NCBI GenBank assembly: GCA_900767585.1
Contig: CAAFZP010000097.1
Location: forward strand, 22,694 to 86,693
Length of the DNA: 64,000 nt
Direction: 5' to 3'
From: Lachnospiraceae bacterium
Lineage (GTDB): Bacteria; Bacillota; Clostridia; Lachnospirales; Lachnospiraceae
Under the pieces are notes generated by a model that was given only the letters and a program-made list of their open reading frames with translations, had not been told where the DNA came from and searched no databases. This document shows positions 20,775-31,152 of the stretch, piece by piece (position 1 is the stretch's first letter; every line of letters begins with the position of its first letter). The translations under genes were made by a program, and so were the position numbers.

Positions 20775-22612
20775 TTGATATCCTCCACAAAACGGCTTTT
20801 ATCCTTTGCTTTTCCGGCGATCGTCCGTGGCACATAAATATGCAACTCATGTCTTGCGCGCGTCATCGCGACATAAAACATCCGTCGTTCCTCTTCAAGT
20901 TCCGCATGTGTTTTTGCTTTTTTATATGGTGTGATATCTTCCACCGCATCCAAAATAAAAACAACATCAAACTCCAGTCCCTTTGCACTGTGCATTGTCA
21001 TCAGACTCACGCCCTTTTTTAAGCGGTTTTTTTCCTGTTGTTTGAAAAGAAGCTCCTGATAAGACCGGATGAATGCAAATAGCGCTTCATAACTTTCCAT
21101 GTCTTTGATCATATAGGCAAGCTCATCTAAAACATCATACATTTCACCGGCATCCAGCTGCCGGTACTCGGCATATTCCTTTATATACTGATCGTACCCG
21201 ATAAAATTACGTATAAAATTAAGTGCTGCCCACGGGCGCATCTTAGAAAGCAGCTTTGCATCTGCTTCAAGTTTATCGAGATGATCGACGACAGACGGCT
21301 TGTTTCTTAGCCGGAACTTAAGCTTATCATAATCGACCGGATCTTCCATCAGCATATCCCGGCTGATATATCGGGATGGCTTGTTCATGATTCTAAGAAA
21401 AACCGCCCGTGATCTGTCTCCCATCGCCAGGCGCATATAGTCAAGCACATACCGGACAGCAAAATGATCAAACAGGTTCGGGAGACTATCGCTTAATGTA
21501 TATGGGATATTATACTGGTTTAATTTATAGGCAAGTCGTCTTGGCTGCAGGTTCGTCCGGTAAAGCACTGCTTGCTGCTCATAAGGAACCCCTGCGGCAT
21601 ATGATTCCCGGATCCGTCTTATGATACACTCATTTTCTTCTGCTTCATCCTTTACCGTATGCAATTGTACAACTCCGGCATCCTCTGCCATTGCCGACAA
21701 TTTCTTTTTGTATCGTTCCCTGTTTTTTTCTATCACCTGGGTAGAAGCCTGTACGATCCGCTTATCCGAACGGTAATTTTCCCCGAGGTGAACGATTTTA
21801 CAATCCGGAAAATCCTTTCGGAACTGCTGCATGATTTCCGGTCTCGCGCCACGAAATCCATACACAGACTGATCGTCATCACCCACGATAAATGCATTGT
21901 CCATCGGCTTTGCCAGCATGCGGAATATCTCATACTGGATTCGGTTGCTGTCCTGGAATTCATCGACAAGAATATATGGAAACAGCGATCTGCATCGGTT
22001 TAATATATCTTCTCTTTTTTTGAGCAGCTCATAACAAAGCACCATCATATCATCAAAATCAATCAGATTTCTGCGCTTTAATTCGCGATCCAGTCTGCGG
22101 TATATTTCCCGGAACGTAAGCTCCGGAAGGTCTGTGCTGTAGTAATTTTCCACATCCATCATATCACACTTTACCAGACTGATCTGCGACAGGATGCTGC
22201 TTATGAGATCATCTTTGTTCTCATAGCTCACATGCATTGCCTGCATAATCTGCGTAAGCATCGATTTCTTTTCCTCTTCGGATACAACCCGCAGTACAGA
22301 CTGTCCATATGCAGTTTTTAAAATCCAATAAAAAATGGAATGAAAAGTTCCGAAGCGGACCGGATATTCCTTTCCGGGAGTCAGTGTGCGAAAACGTTGC
22401 TGCATTTCGCCTGCTGCCGCCCGTGTAAAGGTTATAACAAGAATATCTGCGGGTGAAACACCCGCAGATTCTATCAGATACTTTATGCGTTGTGTGATTA
22501 CCGTTGTTTTCCCGGAACCGGGTCCTGCAATCACCATCATCGGGCCGTCCACATGACTGATCGCTTCGGACTGTGCCTCATTAAATTTCATTATAAATTT
22601 GCTCCACAACAC
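20759..22612 (-). CDS. UvrD/PcrA/Rep-family ATP-dependent DNA helicase (short form)
   Basis: Walker [10 protein letters not shown], a DEFQD box (motif II) and the C-terminal SF1 motifs [11 protein letters not shown] and VAMTRAR. Confidence 0.85.
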   Translation of the reverse strand: MLWSKFIMKFNEAQSEAISHVDGPMMVIAGPGSGKTTVITQRIKYLIESAGVSPADILVITFTRAAAGEMQQRFRTLTPGKEYPVRFGTFHSIFYWILKTAYGQSVLRVVSEEEKKSMLTQIMQAMHVSYENKDDLISSILSQISLVKCDMMDVENYYSTDLPELTFREIYRRLDRELKRRNLIDFDDMMVLCYELLKKREDILNRCRSLFPYILVDEFQDSNRIQYEIFRMLAKPMDNAFIVGDDDQSVYGFRGARPEIMQQFRKDFPDCKIVHLGENYRSDKRIVQASTQVIEKNRERYKKKLSAMAEDAGVVQLHTVKDEAEENECIIRRIRESYAAGVPYEQQAVLYRTNLQPRRLAYKLNQYNIPYTLSDSLPNLFDHFAVRYVLDYMRLAMGDRSRAVFLRIMNKPSRYISRDMLMEDPVDYDKLKFRLRNKPSVVDHLDKLEADAKLLSKMRPWAALNFIRNFIGYDQYIKEYAEYRQLDAGEMYDVLDELAYMIKDMESYEALFAFIRSYQELLFKQQEKNRLKKGVSLMTMHSAKGLEFDVVFILDAVEDITPYKKAKTHAELEEERRMFYVAMTRARHELHIYVPRTIAGKAKDKSRFVEDIKWQEK

Positions 22613-23097
22613 TTTTTGTATTTCTTACCGCTTCCACAAGGACAAGGATCATTTCTTCCTACCTTTGGCGGTTTTACGATTGTCTTGGAAGATTTCTGAA
22701 TCTTGTAGAGTTCTTTTCTTCTCTCCGGTGTCAGAATCTTATCCCACTGCGGAAGTGTATACAGCCACTCTGCATTGCAATCCACCATATTCATGTAAAG
22801 CTTCTCCGGATCATAACCAAGTGCAACCTGGGAATCCTCTGTAAGCTCGTCAATGTTGTTCGGAACAATCAGGCTCTCCTCGATTCCATCCAGGAAACCT
22901 ACCATAAGTTCCAGTGGCATATCGTACTTTTCTGCCAGTTCCTTCACGGTTCCACCCTCGATTTCTACCGGGTTTTCCAAGATTTTTTCATATATTGCCT
23001 TCTCTCTCTGGAAATAATCAAGCCAGAACTCTTTTCCTTCCGGGGTTCTGTCATCCAGACTATAGGCATGTTCACGCCAATCTGTTAATAAACTCAT
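22591..23097 (-). CDS. SEC-C metal-binding domain protein
   Basis: C-terminal [17 protein letters not shown] (SEC-C zinc motif). It overlaps the helicase start by 22 nt. Confidence 0.7.
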   Translation of the reverse strand: MSLLTDWREHAYSLDDRTPEGKEFWLDYFQREKAIYEKILENPVEIEGGTVKELAEKYDMPLELMVGFLDGIEESLIVPNNIDELTEDSQVALGYDPEKLYMNMVDCNAEWLYTLPQWDKILTPERRKELYKIQKSSKTIVKPPKVGRNDPCPCGSGKKYKKCCGANL

Positions 23098-23180
23098 AAC
23101 CGTACCTGCACATAGTTTCTATCTTCTGTGCTTTCCTTTCATTTAAATTCAATTAAGTATAGCAAACCATCCCTTATTTT

Positions 23181-23477
23181 TCAAGAGCGTTTCTCTCGAT
23201 GATTTCGAAGCACCCTGCCAAGCCACAGCACAACATACAAAAGTACCGGAACAACCATCAGCAAAGCAAGGCTCGGCAAGAAATAGCGGCTCCCTGTAAT
23301 GCCTGTCACTAACACAAGCACGATCAGCCCTGCAAGCACAAGCAAACATACCCATGCAAGCACACGCATCAGAGGATTCCTGCGGATAGCTTCCTCATAA
23401 CTTTCTTTTTGTTCCTTCTCTTCATTTACAATCTCTTGTGTATCATCCGGTTTGGTTCGTTGTTCTTCTTTTTTCAT
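23181..23477 (-). CDS. Small membrane protein (acidic N-terminus, two TM helices)
   Basis: MKKEEQ start with an AAAGGA RBS, 10 nt after the FtsX-permease stop. It is hydrophobic from LMRVLAWVCLLVLAGLIVLVLV. Confidence 0.5.
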   Translation of the reverse strand: MKKEEQRTKPDDTQEIVNEEKEQKESYEEAIRRNPLMRVLAWVCLLVLAGLIVLVLVTGITGSRYFLPSLALLMVVPVLLYVVLWLGRVLRNHREKRS

Positions 23478-23487
23478 ATCGGTTCCT

Positions 23488-24792
23488 TTACTCATAACGA
23501 AGTGCATCGATTGGATTTAAGTTTGCAGCTTTTACAGATGGAATAAATCCAAATACAATACCAATTACCATAGAGAAAATAACGGATACTGCAATGGCTG
23601 CTCCGCTGATTGCGACTGGCACAGATGCCACATCCGAAATCAGGTACGCAAGTCCCACGCCTGCACCAACACCGATGATTCCACCTAAGCTGGTAAGAAC
23701 GGCTGCCTCCGTCAAAAACTGGGACAAGATTACGGATTTTCTTGCGCCAAGCGCTTTTTTCAATCCGATTTCTCTTGTTCGCTCTGTCACAGATACCAGC
23801 ATAATATTCATAACGCCGATACCTCCGACCAAAAGCGAAATGCTGGCAATCCAGATTAACTGCTGGCTCGTCGAAGCACTCACTTCCTGCATCGCTTTCG
23901 CCGTCTTGAGCAAATCTTCACTCTTATACTTAAACGAAGAACCTGACTCTTCTCCACTATCCATCGTTCCTTCGAGCTGCTGATTCGAAGATGAGGATGG
24001 CATGTACTTGTTCAAGATATCTTCTGTCTTTTTTCCGGCGTTTGTCATAGCCTCTGTCCCGGACGGTTTTACAACGACATTGTATGGCTCATCAAATGCA
24101 AAAATAAGCGGCCAGTTCACATCCGTCACGAAAACCTGTCCGGATGTTGAATTTCCATAATACGTATACCAGTCATTCAGATTCGTAACTTTCGGTGTAA
24201 ATCCGTCAAGCTGCTCAACGACTCCGACGATGATAAATGGTTCCCCTTTAATCTCCAATGTCTTTCCAATCGGATTGTCACCTGCAAATAATGTATTTGC
24301 AGCAGTCGTATCTAATATAACCGCCTTTGTATAGTTCGTCCAGTCTGCATCCATAAAGGATCTTCCCGACTGTACAGTGTATCCCATTACATTGAAATAA
24401 TCTTTATCCACACCATACACCGGTGCGTTTCCAAGGTCCTTTGTCCCGCTGGAGATTCCTTCGTACAAAGCACCATACCGGTACGCCGCAACTGCAGTCA
24501 CTTCGTCGATATCTAAGATTTCTTTTTTGATGTCATCCGTGATCATCGGCATACCTTCCGGCGTTGATGAATCACCCGATGTGTAATTCCATTCTCCCTG
24601 ATATAACTTGATGTTCACAATGTTGTTTCCTGAACCGACCAGGTTTTCTTTGATCTGTTCGCTCGTTCCCTTGATTGTAGATACAATCGCGATAATCGCT
24701 GCAATACCAATAATGATTCCAAGCATCGTAAGAAGGGAACGCATCTTATGTGCCCATATGCCCTGAAAAGACAATCGTATATTTTCTAACAT
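23488..24792 (-). CDS. MacB-type ABC transporter permease (FtsX fold with a large extracytoplasmic domain)
   Basis: N-terminal TM helix, an extracellular domain of about 250 aa, and a C-terminal FtsX 3-TM bundle. Confidence 0.85.
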   Translation of the reverse strand: MLENIRLSFQGIWAHKMRSLLTMLGIIIGIAAIIAIVSTIKGTSEQIKENLVGSGNNIVNIKLYQGEWNYTSGDSSTPEGMPMITDDIKKEILDIDEVTAVAAYRYGALYEGISSGTKDLGNAPVYGVDKDYFNVMGYTVQSGRSFMDADWTNYTKAVILDTTAANTLFAGDNPIGKTLEIKGEPFIIVGVVEQLDGFTPKVTNLNDWYTYYGNSTSGQVFVTDVNWPLIFAFDEPYNVVVKPSGTEAMTNAGKKTEDILNKYMPSSSSNQQLEGTMDSGEESGSSFKYKSEDLLKTAKAMQEVSASTSQQLIWIASISLLVGGIGVMNIMLVSVTERTREIGLKKALGARKSVILSQFLTEAAVLTSLGGIIGVGAGVGLAYLISDVASVPVAISGAAIAVSVIFSMVIGIVFGFIPSVKAANLNPIDALRYE

Positions 24793-24811
24793 ATTCTACT
24801 TTCCTTTCTTA

Positions 24812-26038
24812 TCATTGATACAATTCTTCGGAAGATTTCCGGACTGTCCGGACACCTTCCACCGCTTCATCGAGATAAGGAAATGCAATGTAATCATTCA
24901 TTGTCAGACCGCCAAGCACTAACAGTGCATCTCCAGACCGTTTTGCGCCAACTTTTATATATGTTTTTTCCAATCTTCCGTTTACATCTTTCATCACATA
25001 ATAGTTGGTTCCTTCCTGTTTTAAAAATGCACTGGAAAGATAGAAACCGCCAGTTGTGTCCTCGGAACTTGAATTTAACGTAATCTCCATATACATATTC
25101 TGACTGACATCATATGCATCAGACAATGATATCTTCATCGGATAATACGTTTCTGTCTTTGCCCCACCATAGCCATTATTATCGGCCGGGATATTGGAAA
25201 TCTCTGTAATCGTTCCGTCATAGTTCATACCTGTATCATAACAATACATGGAAACCGTGTCCCCAATATGAACCGTCGACAACGAAAGCTCACCAATCTG
25301 GCTTTCCACCAGATAGCCATCTGCCGCACTGACAACGATCATAGGAGATCCGTCTGCAGCGGCCGTATCCGCATCGGAAACCGTTTTTATAACACCATCA
25401 AAATTTGCAAGCACTTCGCCGCTTTCATTCTGAAGTTCACCCATCTGAAGCTTTACCTGTGCAATCTCGTACTGTGTCTGCATCGTTTTGATTTCCTGTT
25501 CTTTATCCGCAATCTGTTTTTTCAATTCTTCTCTTGTCGGCGGTGTATCCACATCCTGTGTATTCGGATCCGGTACATCTGATCCTGTCGCGACCGGAGG
25601 TGCTTCTGTCGTCGGAATATCTTCTAACGGTGTCGTATTTTTTAGTTTTTCAAGTTCCCGCTGTGCGTTCACAATGGAAACACGGGATAATTCAAGCTCT
25701 GATCGCTGCAATTCCAATTGCAGATCATTTGCGGTTGTATCATATACCAAAAGCACGTCGCCCGCTTTTACGTTCTGGCCTTCGGATACTTTTACTTCCT
25801 TTACTTTTTGTGTCTTTCCGACATAAACTTTCTGCTCGGAATTCACAGTGACATTTCCACTCAATGTGCTGCTGTCCCACATGTTCGATGCGTCATATCC
25901 GACTTCCGCAACCGAATACACGCCGACCGTCTTGCTGTTTTGATTTTTCTGTTTCAACATGCGCAGGCCAAAATATGCCCCCACAAGAACAACTGCACAG
26001 GCAAGTACAATGATAATGATTTTTTTTGTTTTACTCAT
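24812..26038 (-). CDS. HlyD-family periplasmic adaptor (membrane fusion protein) 1
   Basis: Signal anchor, a lipoyl-like KAGDVLLVYDT and a coiled-coil. The ATG at 26038 has a GGAGGTG RBS and overlaps the ATPase stop within ATGAGTAA. Confidence 0.8.
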   Translation of the reverse strand: MSKTKKIIIIVLACAVVLVGAYFGLRMLKQKNQNSKTVGVYSVAEVGYDASNMWDSSTLSGNVTVNSEQKVYVGKTQKVKEVKVSEGQNVKAGDVLLVYDTTANDLQLELQRSELELSRVSIVNAQRELEKLKNTTPLEDIPTTEAPPVATGSDVPDPNTQDVDTPPTREELKKQIADKEQEIKTMQTQYEIAQVKLQMGELQNESGEVLANFDGVIKTVSDADTAAADGSPMIVVSAADGYLVESQIGELSLSTVHIGDTVSMYCYDTGMNYDGTITEISNIPADNNGYGGAKTETYYPMKISLSDAYDVSQNMYMEITLNSSSEDTTGGFYLSSAFLKQEGTNYYVMKDVNGRLEKTYIKVGAKRSGDALLVLGGLTMNDYIAFPYLDEAVEGVRTVRKSSEELYQ

Positions 26039-26816
26039 TACCTTCACCTCCTGTAACATCTGCGGAAGGTGCATTCATCTGCGGCACCGCTGTTTCATCC
26101 TGTACAGGACGTTCCGGTGCTATTTTGTCTTCCGTTCGTTTTTCACTGTCATCTTCAAATAACTCACCATCTATGATTTTTACAACTCGTTCTGCATAAG
26201 ATGCAATCTCGTCTGAATGCGTGATCATAATGATTGTAACACCCTGTTTGTGCAGCGTATCAAATAACTCCATCACCTGTAAGCCGGATTTGGAATCAAG
26301 TGCACCGGTCGGCTCATCTGCAAGCAGGATTTTCGGGTCAGCTGCCATCGCACGTGCAATCGCCACACGTTGTTTTTGTCCACCGGAAAGCTGGGTCGGT
26401 TTAAAGCTGACACGATCTGACAGATCCACCATCTCTAACATCTCTGCCGCCTTCTGTCTTCTCTTTTTCAAAGGCATCTTCGCATATTGCAAAGGAAGCG
26501 CGACATTATCAAGTGCACTCTGTCTTGGAAGCAGATTAAAATTCTGGAATACAAATCCAATCTTCTGGTTACGTACTTCCGACAGTTCTTTATCCTTGCA
26601 TTTTTCAATCTCCACACCATCTAACAGATAGGTTCCGGATGTCGGTTTGTCGATACACCCGATAATATTCATCAATGTCGATTTTCCAGATCCGGACGGT
26701 CCCATAATTGCAACATATTCCCCCTCTTCCACAGAGAGGTTAATATCTTTCAATACCGGAACTTCCATGGTGCCCTGGATGTAATTTTTATAAATATTTT
26801 TTAATTCCAGTAACAC
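26031..26816 (-). CDS. ABC transporter ATP-binding protein (MacB/LolD type)
   Basis: Walker [10 protein letters not shown], signature LSGGQKQR and Walker [12 protein letters not shown]. Confidence 0.9.
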   Translation of the reverse strand: MLLELKNIYKNYIQGTMEVPVLKDINLSVEEGEYVAIMGPSGSGKSTLMNIIGCIDKPTSGTYLLDGVEIEKCKDKELSEVRNQKIGFVFQNFNLLPRQSALDNVALPLQYAKMPLKKRRQKAAEMLEMVDLSDRVSFKPTQLSGGQKQRVAIARAMAADPKILLADEPTGALDSKSGLQVMELFDTLHKQGVTIIMITHSDEIASYAERVVKIIDGELFEDDSEKRTEDKIAPERPVQDETAVPQMNAPSADVTGGEGNE

Positions 26817-28294
26817 TATTGCACCACCTCACCATCGTTGTTCATCTCGGATGGATCATTGATGATACCATCGCCGGATTCGCTATCCGTAGTTTCCGGT
26901 GCTACTTCTTCCACAGAGCCATCATTGTTTTCAAATGTCTGCTCATCCAAATTCATCCCATCATCACTGATAGAACCATCATCTACACTTCCATCATCCA
27001 TGCTTCCGTCGTCATAAGATCCGTCGTTCATACTTCCGTTATCATAGGATCCGTCATCCATGCTTCCGTCGTCATTGGCTGTATCATCCGTTTGGATATC
27101 CTCATAGTTATGTGTCACTTTCATACCCTCTTTTACACGTTCTTCCGGATATGCAATATAATCATCTTCTGTGAGACCGGAAAGAATCTGATAACGCATC
27201 ATATTCTCATCGTATTCGCCAAGTTCTACTTTCCGTTTTTCGATATATCCCTTTGCATTTTCAGCCCATACATAAGCACCTGTTTCATCCTGGACAATGT
27301 AATATTCATCGAGCCATAAACCTTCCTTGACAGCACCCTGTCCGTAATCGGCTTCCACATAGACATGCTGTCCCAACATCAATCCATCTGTACTTTCTAA
27401 TGTAATATAAAATGGATATTTGGTTGCTGTTGTTCCGGAAGATCCATAATAGTCATTGTTGCTTCCATTATCCGGGTGTTCAAGATCAATTTTGGAAATC
27501 GTTCCGGTCCATGTAGAATCATCCACTCTGGAACGTACAATCATGCTCTGTCCTTCCGACATGCTGCGCACGGTCAGCTCACTTGCGGACGCTTTGATAC
27601 GGTAATCTCCCTTTGCCATAATCGTAATATATGCATTGTCCGTAGAATTATTGTTTGATCCGCTATCATCCGAAGACGTTGAAGAATCACTCGGATTGGT
27701 TGAATTATTTTCATTGATTGTCTTGATGATTCCATCCATCGGAGCAACTACTTTTGTATTCTCCATCGACTGTTTCTGACGATCAATCTCCAACTGTTTT
27801 GCACTTGCATCGTAGTTTGCCTGGTTTACCTGTGCCTGAAGATTCTGGATCTGGGCACTGTAGCTTAACTGCTCTTCTGCCGGCGCTGTTGCCTTCTCGT
27901 TGGAGAGGGATGTTATCTGCTGGTTTAAAGTTGCGATATTATTGTTGATACTTGTAAGCTCTAACTCGAGCTGTCTTAACTGCAGTTCCATGGATTCTGT
28001 ATCATATTCAAATAACACATCACCCGCTTTTACTTCATCCTCAACTTTTACATACAGTTCTTTCACTTTCTTATCGCTGTCCCGGTTGACACCTTTTACT
28101 TCCTGCGACTCAACCGTTCCCATATAACGGCTCTCTGTCAGATCGTATCCGCCATTTAAATCCGAAACTTTGGTTGCATATACAAGCTCCTCTGATTGGC
28201 TCCCCCGATGACGCATATAATAATATATGGCGCCCGCACATCCGGCTACTACCAGTAATACAACAATTAAGATAATGATTGTCTTCTTTTTCAT
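26816..28294 (-). CDS. HlyD-family periplasmic adaptor (membrane fusion protein) 2 with a C-terminal DDGS tandem-repeat tail
   Basis: Signal anchor, VKAGDVLFEYDT and a long coiled-coil. The C-terminal tail is DDGSMDDGSYDNGSMNDGSYDDGSMDDGSVDDGSISDDG. Confidence 0.8.
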   Translation of the reverse strand: MKKKTIIILIVVLLVVAGCAGAIYYYMRHRGSQSEELVYATKVSDLNGGYDLTESRYMGTVESQEVKGVNRDSDKKVKELYVKVEDEVKAGDVLFEYDTESMELQLRQLELELTSINNNIATLNQQITSLSNEKATAPAEEQLSYSAQIQNLQAQVNQANYDASAKQLEIDRQKQSMENTKVVAPMDGIIKTINENNSTNPSDSSTSSDDSGSNNNSTDNAYITIMAKGDYRIKASASELTVRSMSEGQSMIVRSRVDDSTWTGTISKIDLEHPDNGSNNDYYGSSGTTATKYPFYITLESTDGLMLGQHVYVEADYGQGAVKEGLWLDEYYIVQDETGAYVWAENAKGYIEKRKVELGEYDENMMRYQILSGLTEDDYIAYPEERVKEGMKVTHNYEDIQTDDTANDDGSMDDGSYDNGSMNDGSYDDGSMDDGSVDDGSISDDGMNLDEQTFENNDGSVEEVAPETTDSESGDGIINDPSEMNNDGEVVQ

Positions 28295-28306
28295 TTCACT
28301 TTCCTC

Positions 28307-29632
28307 TTATTTTTCTTTTTTTATAGTGTGAAACCAGTCCTGTATGTGCTTTTCATATCCGAGATTCCCTGGTTCATAAAATGTTCTCCCGACAAGCGGA
28401 TCCGGCAGATATTGCTGCTTTACATAATGATTTTCATAATCATGTGCATATTTGTAACCTGTATTACCAAGTTTTTCTGCTCCGGCATAATGCGCATCCC
28501 GAAGATGCACCGGAACCTGGCAGTTTCCGACTGTCTTTACCGCATCCATCGCTGCAAAAATAGCATTTACAACCGAATTGCTCTTTGGCGCACACGCAAC
28601 ATAGGTTGCTGCCTGCGTCAGAATAATCTGTGCTTCCGGCATTCCTACCCGTTCCACTGCCTGGGCACAGGCTGTGGCAACCTGGATTGCCTGCGGATCC
28701 GCATTTCCAACGTCTTCGCTTGCACAGATCATAATTCTCCTGGCTATAAATGTCACGCTCTCCCCGCCATATAACATCTTCGCCAGATAATAAACAGCGG
28801 CATCCGGATCGGATCCCCGCATGCTTTTTATAAATGCAGAGATAATATCATAATGATTATCCCCGTCTTTATCATATCGTATGGAACGTCTCTGTATGCA
28901 CTCTTCCGCAACCGGAAGGTCGATCACGATTTTTCCGGTTTCCGGATTTCTGTCTGTGGAAAGGATACCCAGTTCCACTGCATTCAATGCATGGCGCGCA
29001 TCTCCTTCTGATACATCCGCCAGGAAATCAACCGCTTCCTCTGTAATCTCAGCATCATAGCTTCCCATACCCTTTTCGGTATCGGTCACTGCACGACGGA
29101 TCAACGTCTTGATGTTCTCCTTCGACAACGGTTTTAACTGAAAAATAGAAGAGCGCGATATCAACGCAGAATTCACTTCAAAATAAGGGTTCTCCGTTGT
29201 CGCGCCTATCAGTATTACCGTTCCATCCTCTACAAACGGGAGAAGATAATCCTGCTGCGCCTTGTTAAATCTGTGGATCTCATCTACAAAAAGAATTGTC
29301 TTTCTGCCGTACATCCCGAGATTATCCTTTGCTTCCTTTACAACCGCCTCAATATCCTTTTTTCCGGCTGTTGTCGCATTCAGCTCTTTAAATGCTGCGC
29401 TTGTCGTATTCGCGATTACCATCGCAAGCGTCGTCTTCCCCGTACCTGGTGGACCATATAGGATAATGGAGCTTAGTTTATCTGCCTGTATCGCACGATA
29501 CAGCAGTTTGTTTTTTCCTAAGATATGTTCCTGTCCTACGATCTCATCCAATGAAGTTGGTCGAAGCCGCTTCGCAAGTGGCGACTCGCCCTTCTTCATA
29601 TTTGTCTCTCTCATATAATCAAATAAATCCAT
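28307..29632 (-). CDS. rarA: Replication-associated recombination protein A (AAA+ ATPase)
   Basis: LYGPPGTGKTTLA, with RarA/MgsA-like sequence across the whole length. Confidence 0.9.
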   Translation of the reverse strand: MDLFDYMRETNMKKGESPLAKRLRPTSLDEIVGQEHILGKNKLLYRAIQADKLSSIILYGPPGTGKTTLAMVIANTTSAAFKELNATTAGKKDIEAVVKEAKDNLGMYGRKTILFVDEIHRFNKAQQDYLLPFVEDGTVILIGATTENPYFEVNSALISRSSIFQLKPLSKENIKTLIRRAVTDTEKGMGSYDAEITEEAVDFLADVSEGDARHALNAVELGILSTDRNPETGKIVIDLPVAEECIQRRSIRYDKDGDNHYDIISAFIKSMRGSDPDAAVYYLAKMLYGGESVTFIARRIMICASEDVGNADPQAIQVATACAQAVERVGMPEAQIILTQAATYVACAPKSNSVVNAIFAAMDAVKTVGNCQVPVHLRDAHYAGAEKLGNTGYKYAHDYENHYVKQQYLPDPLVGRTFYEPGNLGYEKHIQDWFHTIKKEK

Positions 29633-29642
29633 GAATCTTTAC

Positions 29643-30032
29643 CTAGATGATCTCAAGCTTGCGGATCAAGCTGTCAAACTTCATGATGTCAATCGGTTTG
29701 CACATATATTCCTCATAATCATCACTCGCATAGCTTGCATCAAATCCTTCATCCAATGCACTGATCATTATTACCTTGCAGCGCTTATCCCGTGGTGTGC
29801 CAAGCTTCCGCTCTGCATCCCGGATAGAAGCAAGCGCTTTGTATCCATCAATCTTCGGCATCATGATATCCATACAGATCAAATCAAAACGTTCATTCGT
29901 GCTGACTGCATTTACAAACGCATCCACTGCTGCAATACCATCTCTTGCCAAAACAACCTCACCATACTTAGAAAGTAGCTTCTGCATAAACTTTCCACTC
30001 GCTAAATCGTCCTCTGCTACTAATACTTTCAT
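29643..30032 (-). CDS. Stand-alone response-regulator receiver domain protein (CheY-like)
   Basis: MKVLVAEDD...D at position 54 (CMDIMMP)...KVIMISA; no output domain. Confidence 0.75.
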   Translation of the reverse strand: MKVLVAEDDLASGKFMQKLLSKYGEVVLARDGIAAVDAFVNAVSTNERFDLICMDIMMPKIDGYKALASIRDAERKLGTPRDKRCKVIMISALDEGFDASYASDDYEEYMCKPIDIMKFDSLIRKLEII

Positions 30033-30060
30033 AACTGCCTCCCAATCCTTCTCTATGCGC

Positions 30061-30684
30061 TTATTTTTTTATCTGAAGTAAATCCATCCATTTATGAATA
30101 TTATCCATATATTCTTCCTTAAAGGACTTCTTGTGATAGGAAATTCTGCGCTCTAGAATATGGCTCATCGCCATACCTGTAACATTATTAGCCAAAACAT
30201 CTGCCGAAAAGCTATCGACAATCTCGCCCGCATCCATCGCACCCTGGAACAGACCCGCCAAAAATGACAACCGCTCCGTAATGCACCATGCAATCCGTTC
30301 TCTCGTAGCTACAATATGCAAAAGTTCTTCATATTGAAGCATGATTGTCGAGATTGCATAATAATTATCATAATAGGTTGCATACGCTTCTAAATACTCC
30401 ATCAGCTTCTCTACATAAGAAATGTCCTTGCTCTGTACAGTCTGGCGAATACCCTTGTCAAATTTTGAATATGTCTCAACAATCTCCAACAATACTTCAT
30501 CCATACTCCCGAAGTATTTGTATATCAATCCATCTGACATATTCTCCTTTTGCGCAAGATTTTTTGTTGTAAGAGCTGATAACCCGGATTCGCTGATTAG
30601 TTCGATTGCAGACGATATAATTCTGTCTTTTCTTGAAACAAAGCTATCCCCCAATATTTTTCCTCTCCGTCCCTGATTTAACAT
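30061..30684 (-). CDS. TetR/AcrR-family transcriptional regulator
   Basis: N-terminal HTH (LTTKNLAQKENMSDGLIYKYFGS). Confidence 0.8.
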   Translation of the reverse strand: MLNQGRRGKILGDSFVSRKDRIISSAIELISESGLSALTTKNLAQKENMSDGLIYKYFGSMDEVLLEIVETYSKFDKGIRQTVQSKDISYVEKLMEYLEAYATYYDNYYAISTIMLQYEELLHIVATRERIAWCITERLSFLAGLFQGAMDAGEIVDSFSADVLANNVTGMAMSHILERRISYHKKSFKEEYMDNIHKWMDLLQIKK

Positions 30685-30714
30685 AGATACATTCTATGCC
30701 ATTTGCATGTTTTT

Positions 30715-30760
30715 GTCAATAAAATACAAAAATAGGAGCCATCCGATTCCGATAGCTCCT
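30715..30760 (-). terminator. Rho-independent terminator after csp
   Basis: Stem aggagc/gctcct followed by ATTTTTGTATTTT on the minus strand. Confidence 0.5.
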
Positions 30761-30867
30761 ACCTTGTTTCACTCAACAAATATAACAAATCCCAATTCAA
30801 TAATTCAGTATAACAATGCATGCAGAATCTATAAAATATAGGTACGCTGTTACTTGATTAAGCTAAA

Positions 30868-31071
30868 CTACTTGATAACAGTTACATTTGTAGCCTGTGG
30901 TCCCTTTTCACCATCAACGACATCAAACTCAACCTGCTGGTTCTCTTCAAGATTCTTGTAGCCTTCCATGTTCAGTCCTGAGTAATGTACGAATACATCC
31001 TTGCCGTTCTCATCTGTGATGAAACCAAAACCCTTCTGGCTGTTGAACCACTTTACTGTACCTTTTGTCAT
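30868..31071 (-). CDS. Cold-shock protein (CspA family)
   Basis: [18 protein letters not shown]...; 67 aa; GGAGG RBS. The track ORF has a spurious 27-codon upstream extension. Confidence 0.92.
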   Translation of the reverse strand: MTKGTVKWFNSQKGFGFITDENGKDVFVHYSGLNMEGYKNLEENQQVEFDVVDGEKGPQATNVTVIK

Positions 31072-31152
31072 GACAAATCCTCCAATTTTTAAAATCGCAT
31101 CTTCTGAAAATGCGCTTATACCATAGCACAGTCTTACGCATTCGTCAAGCAT

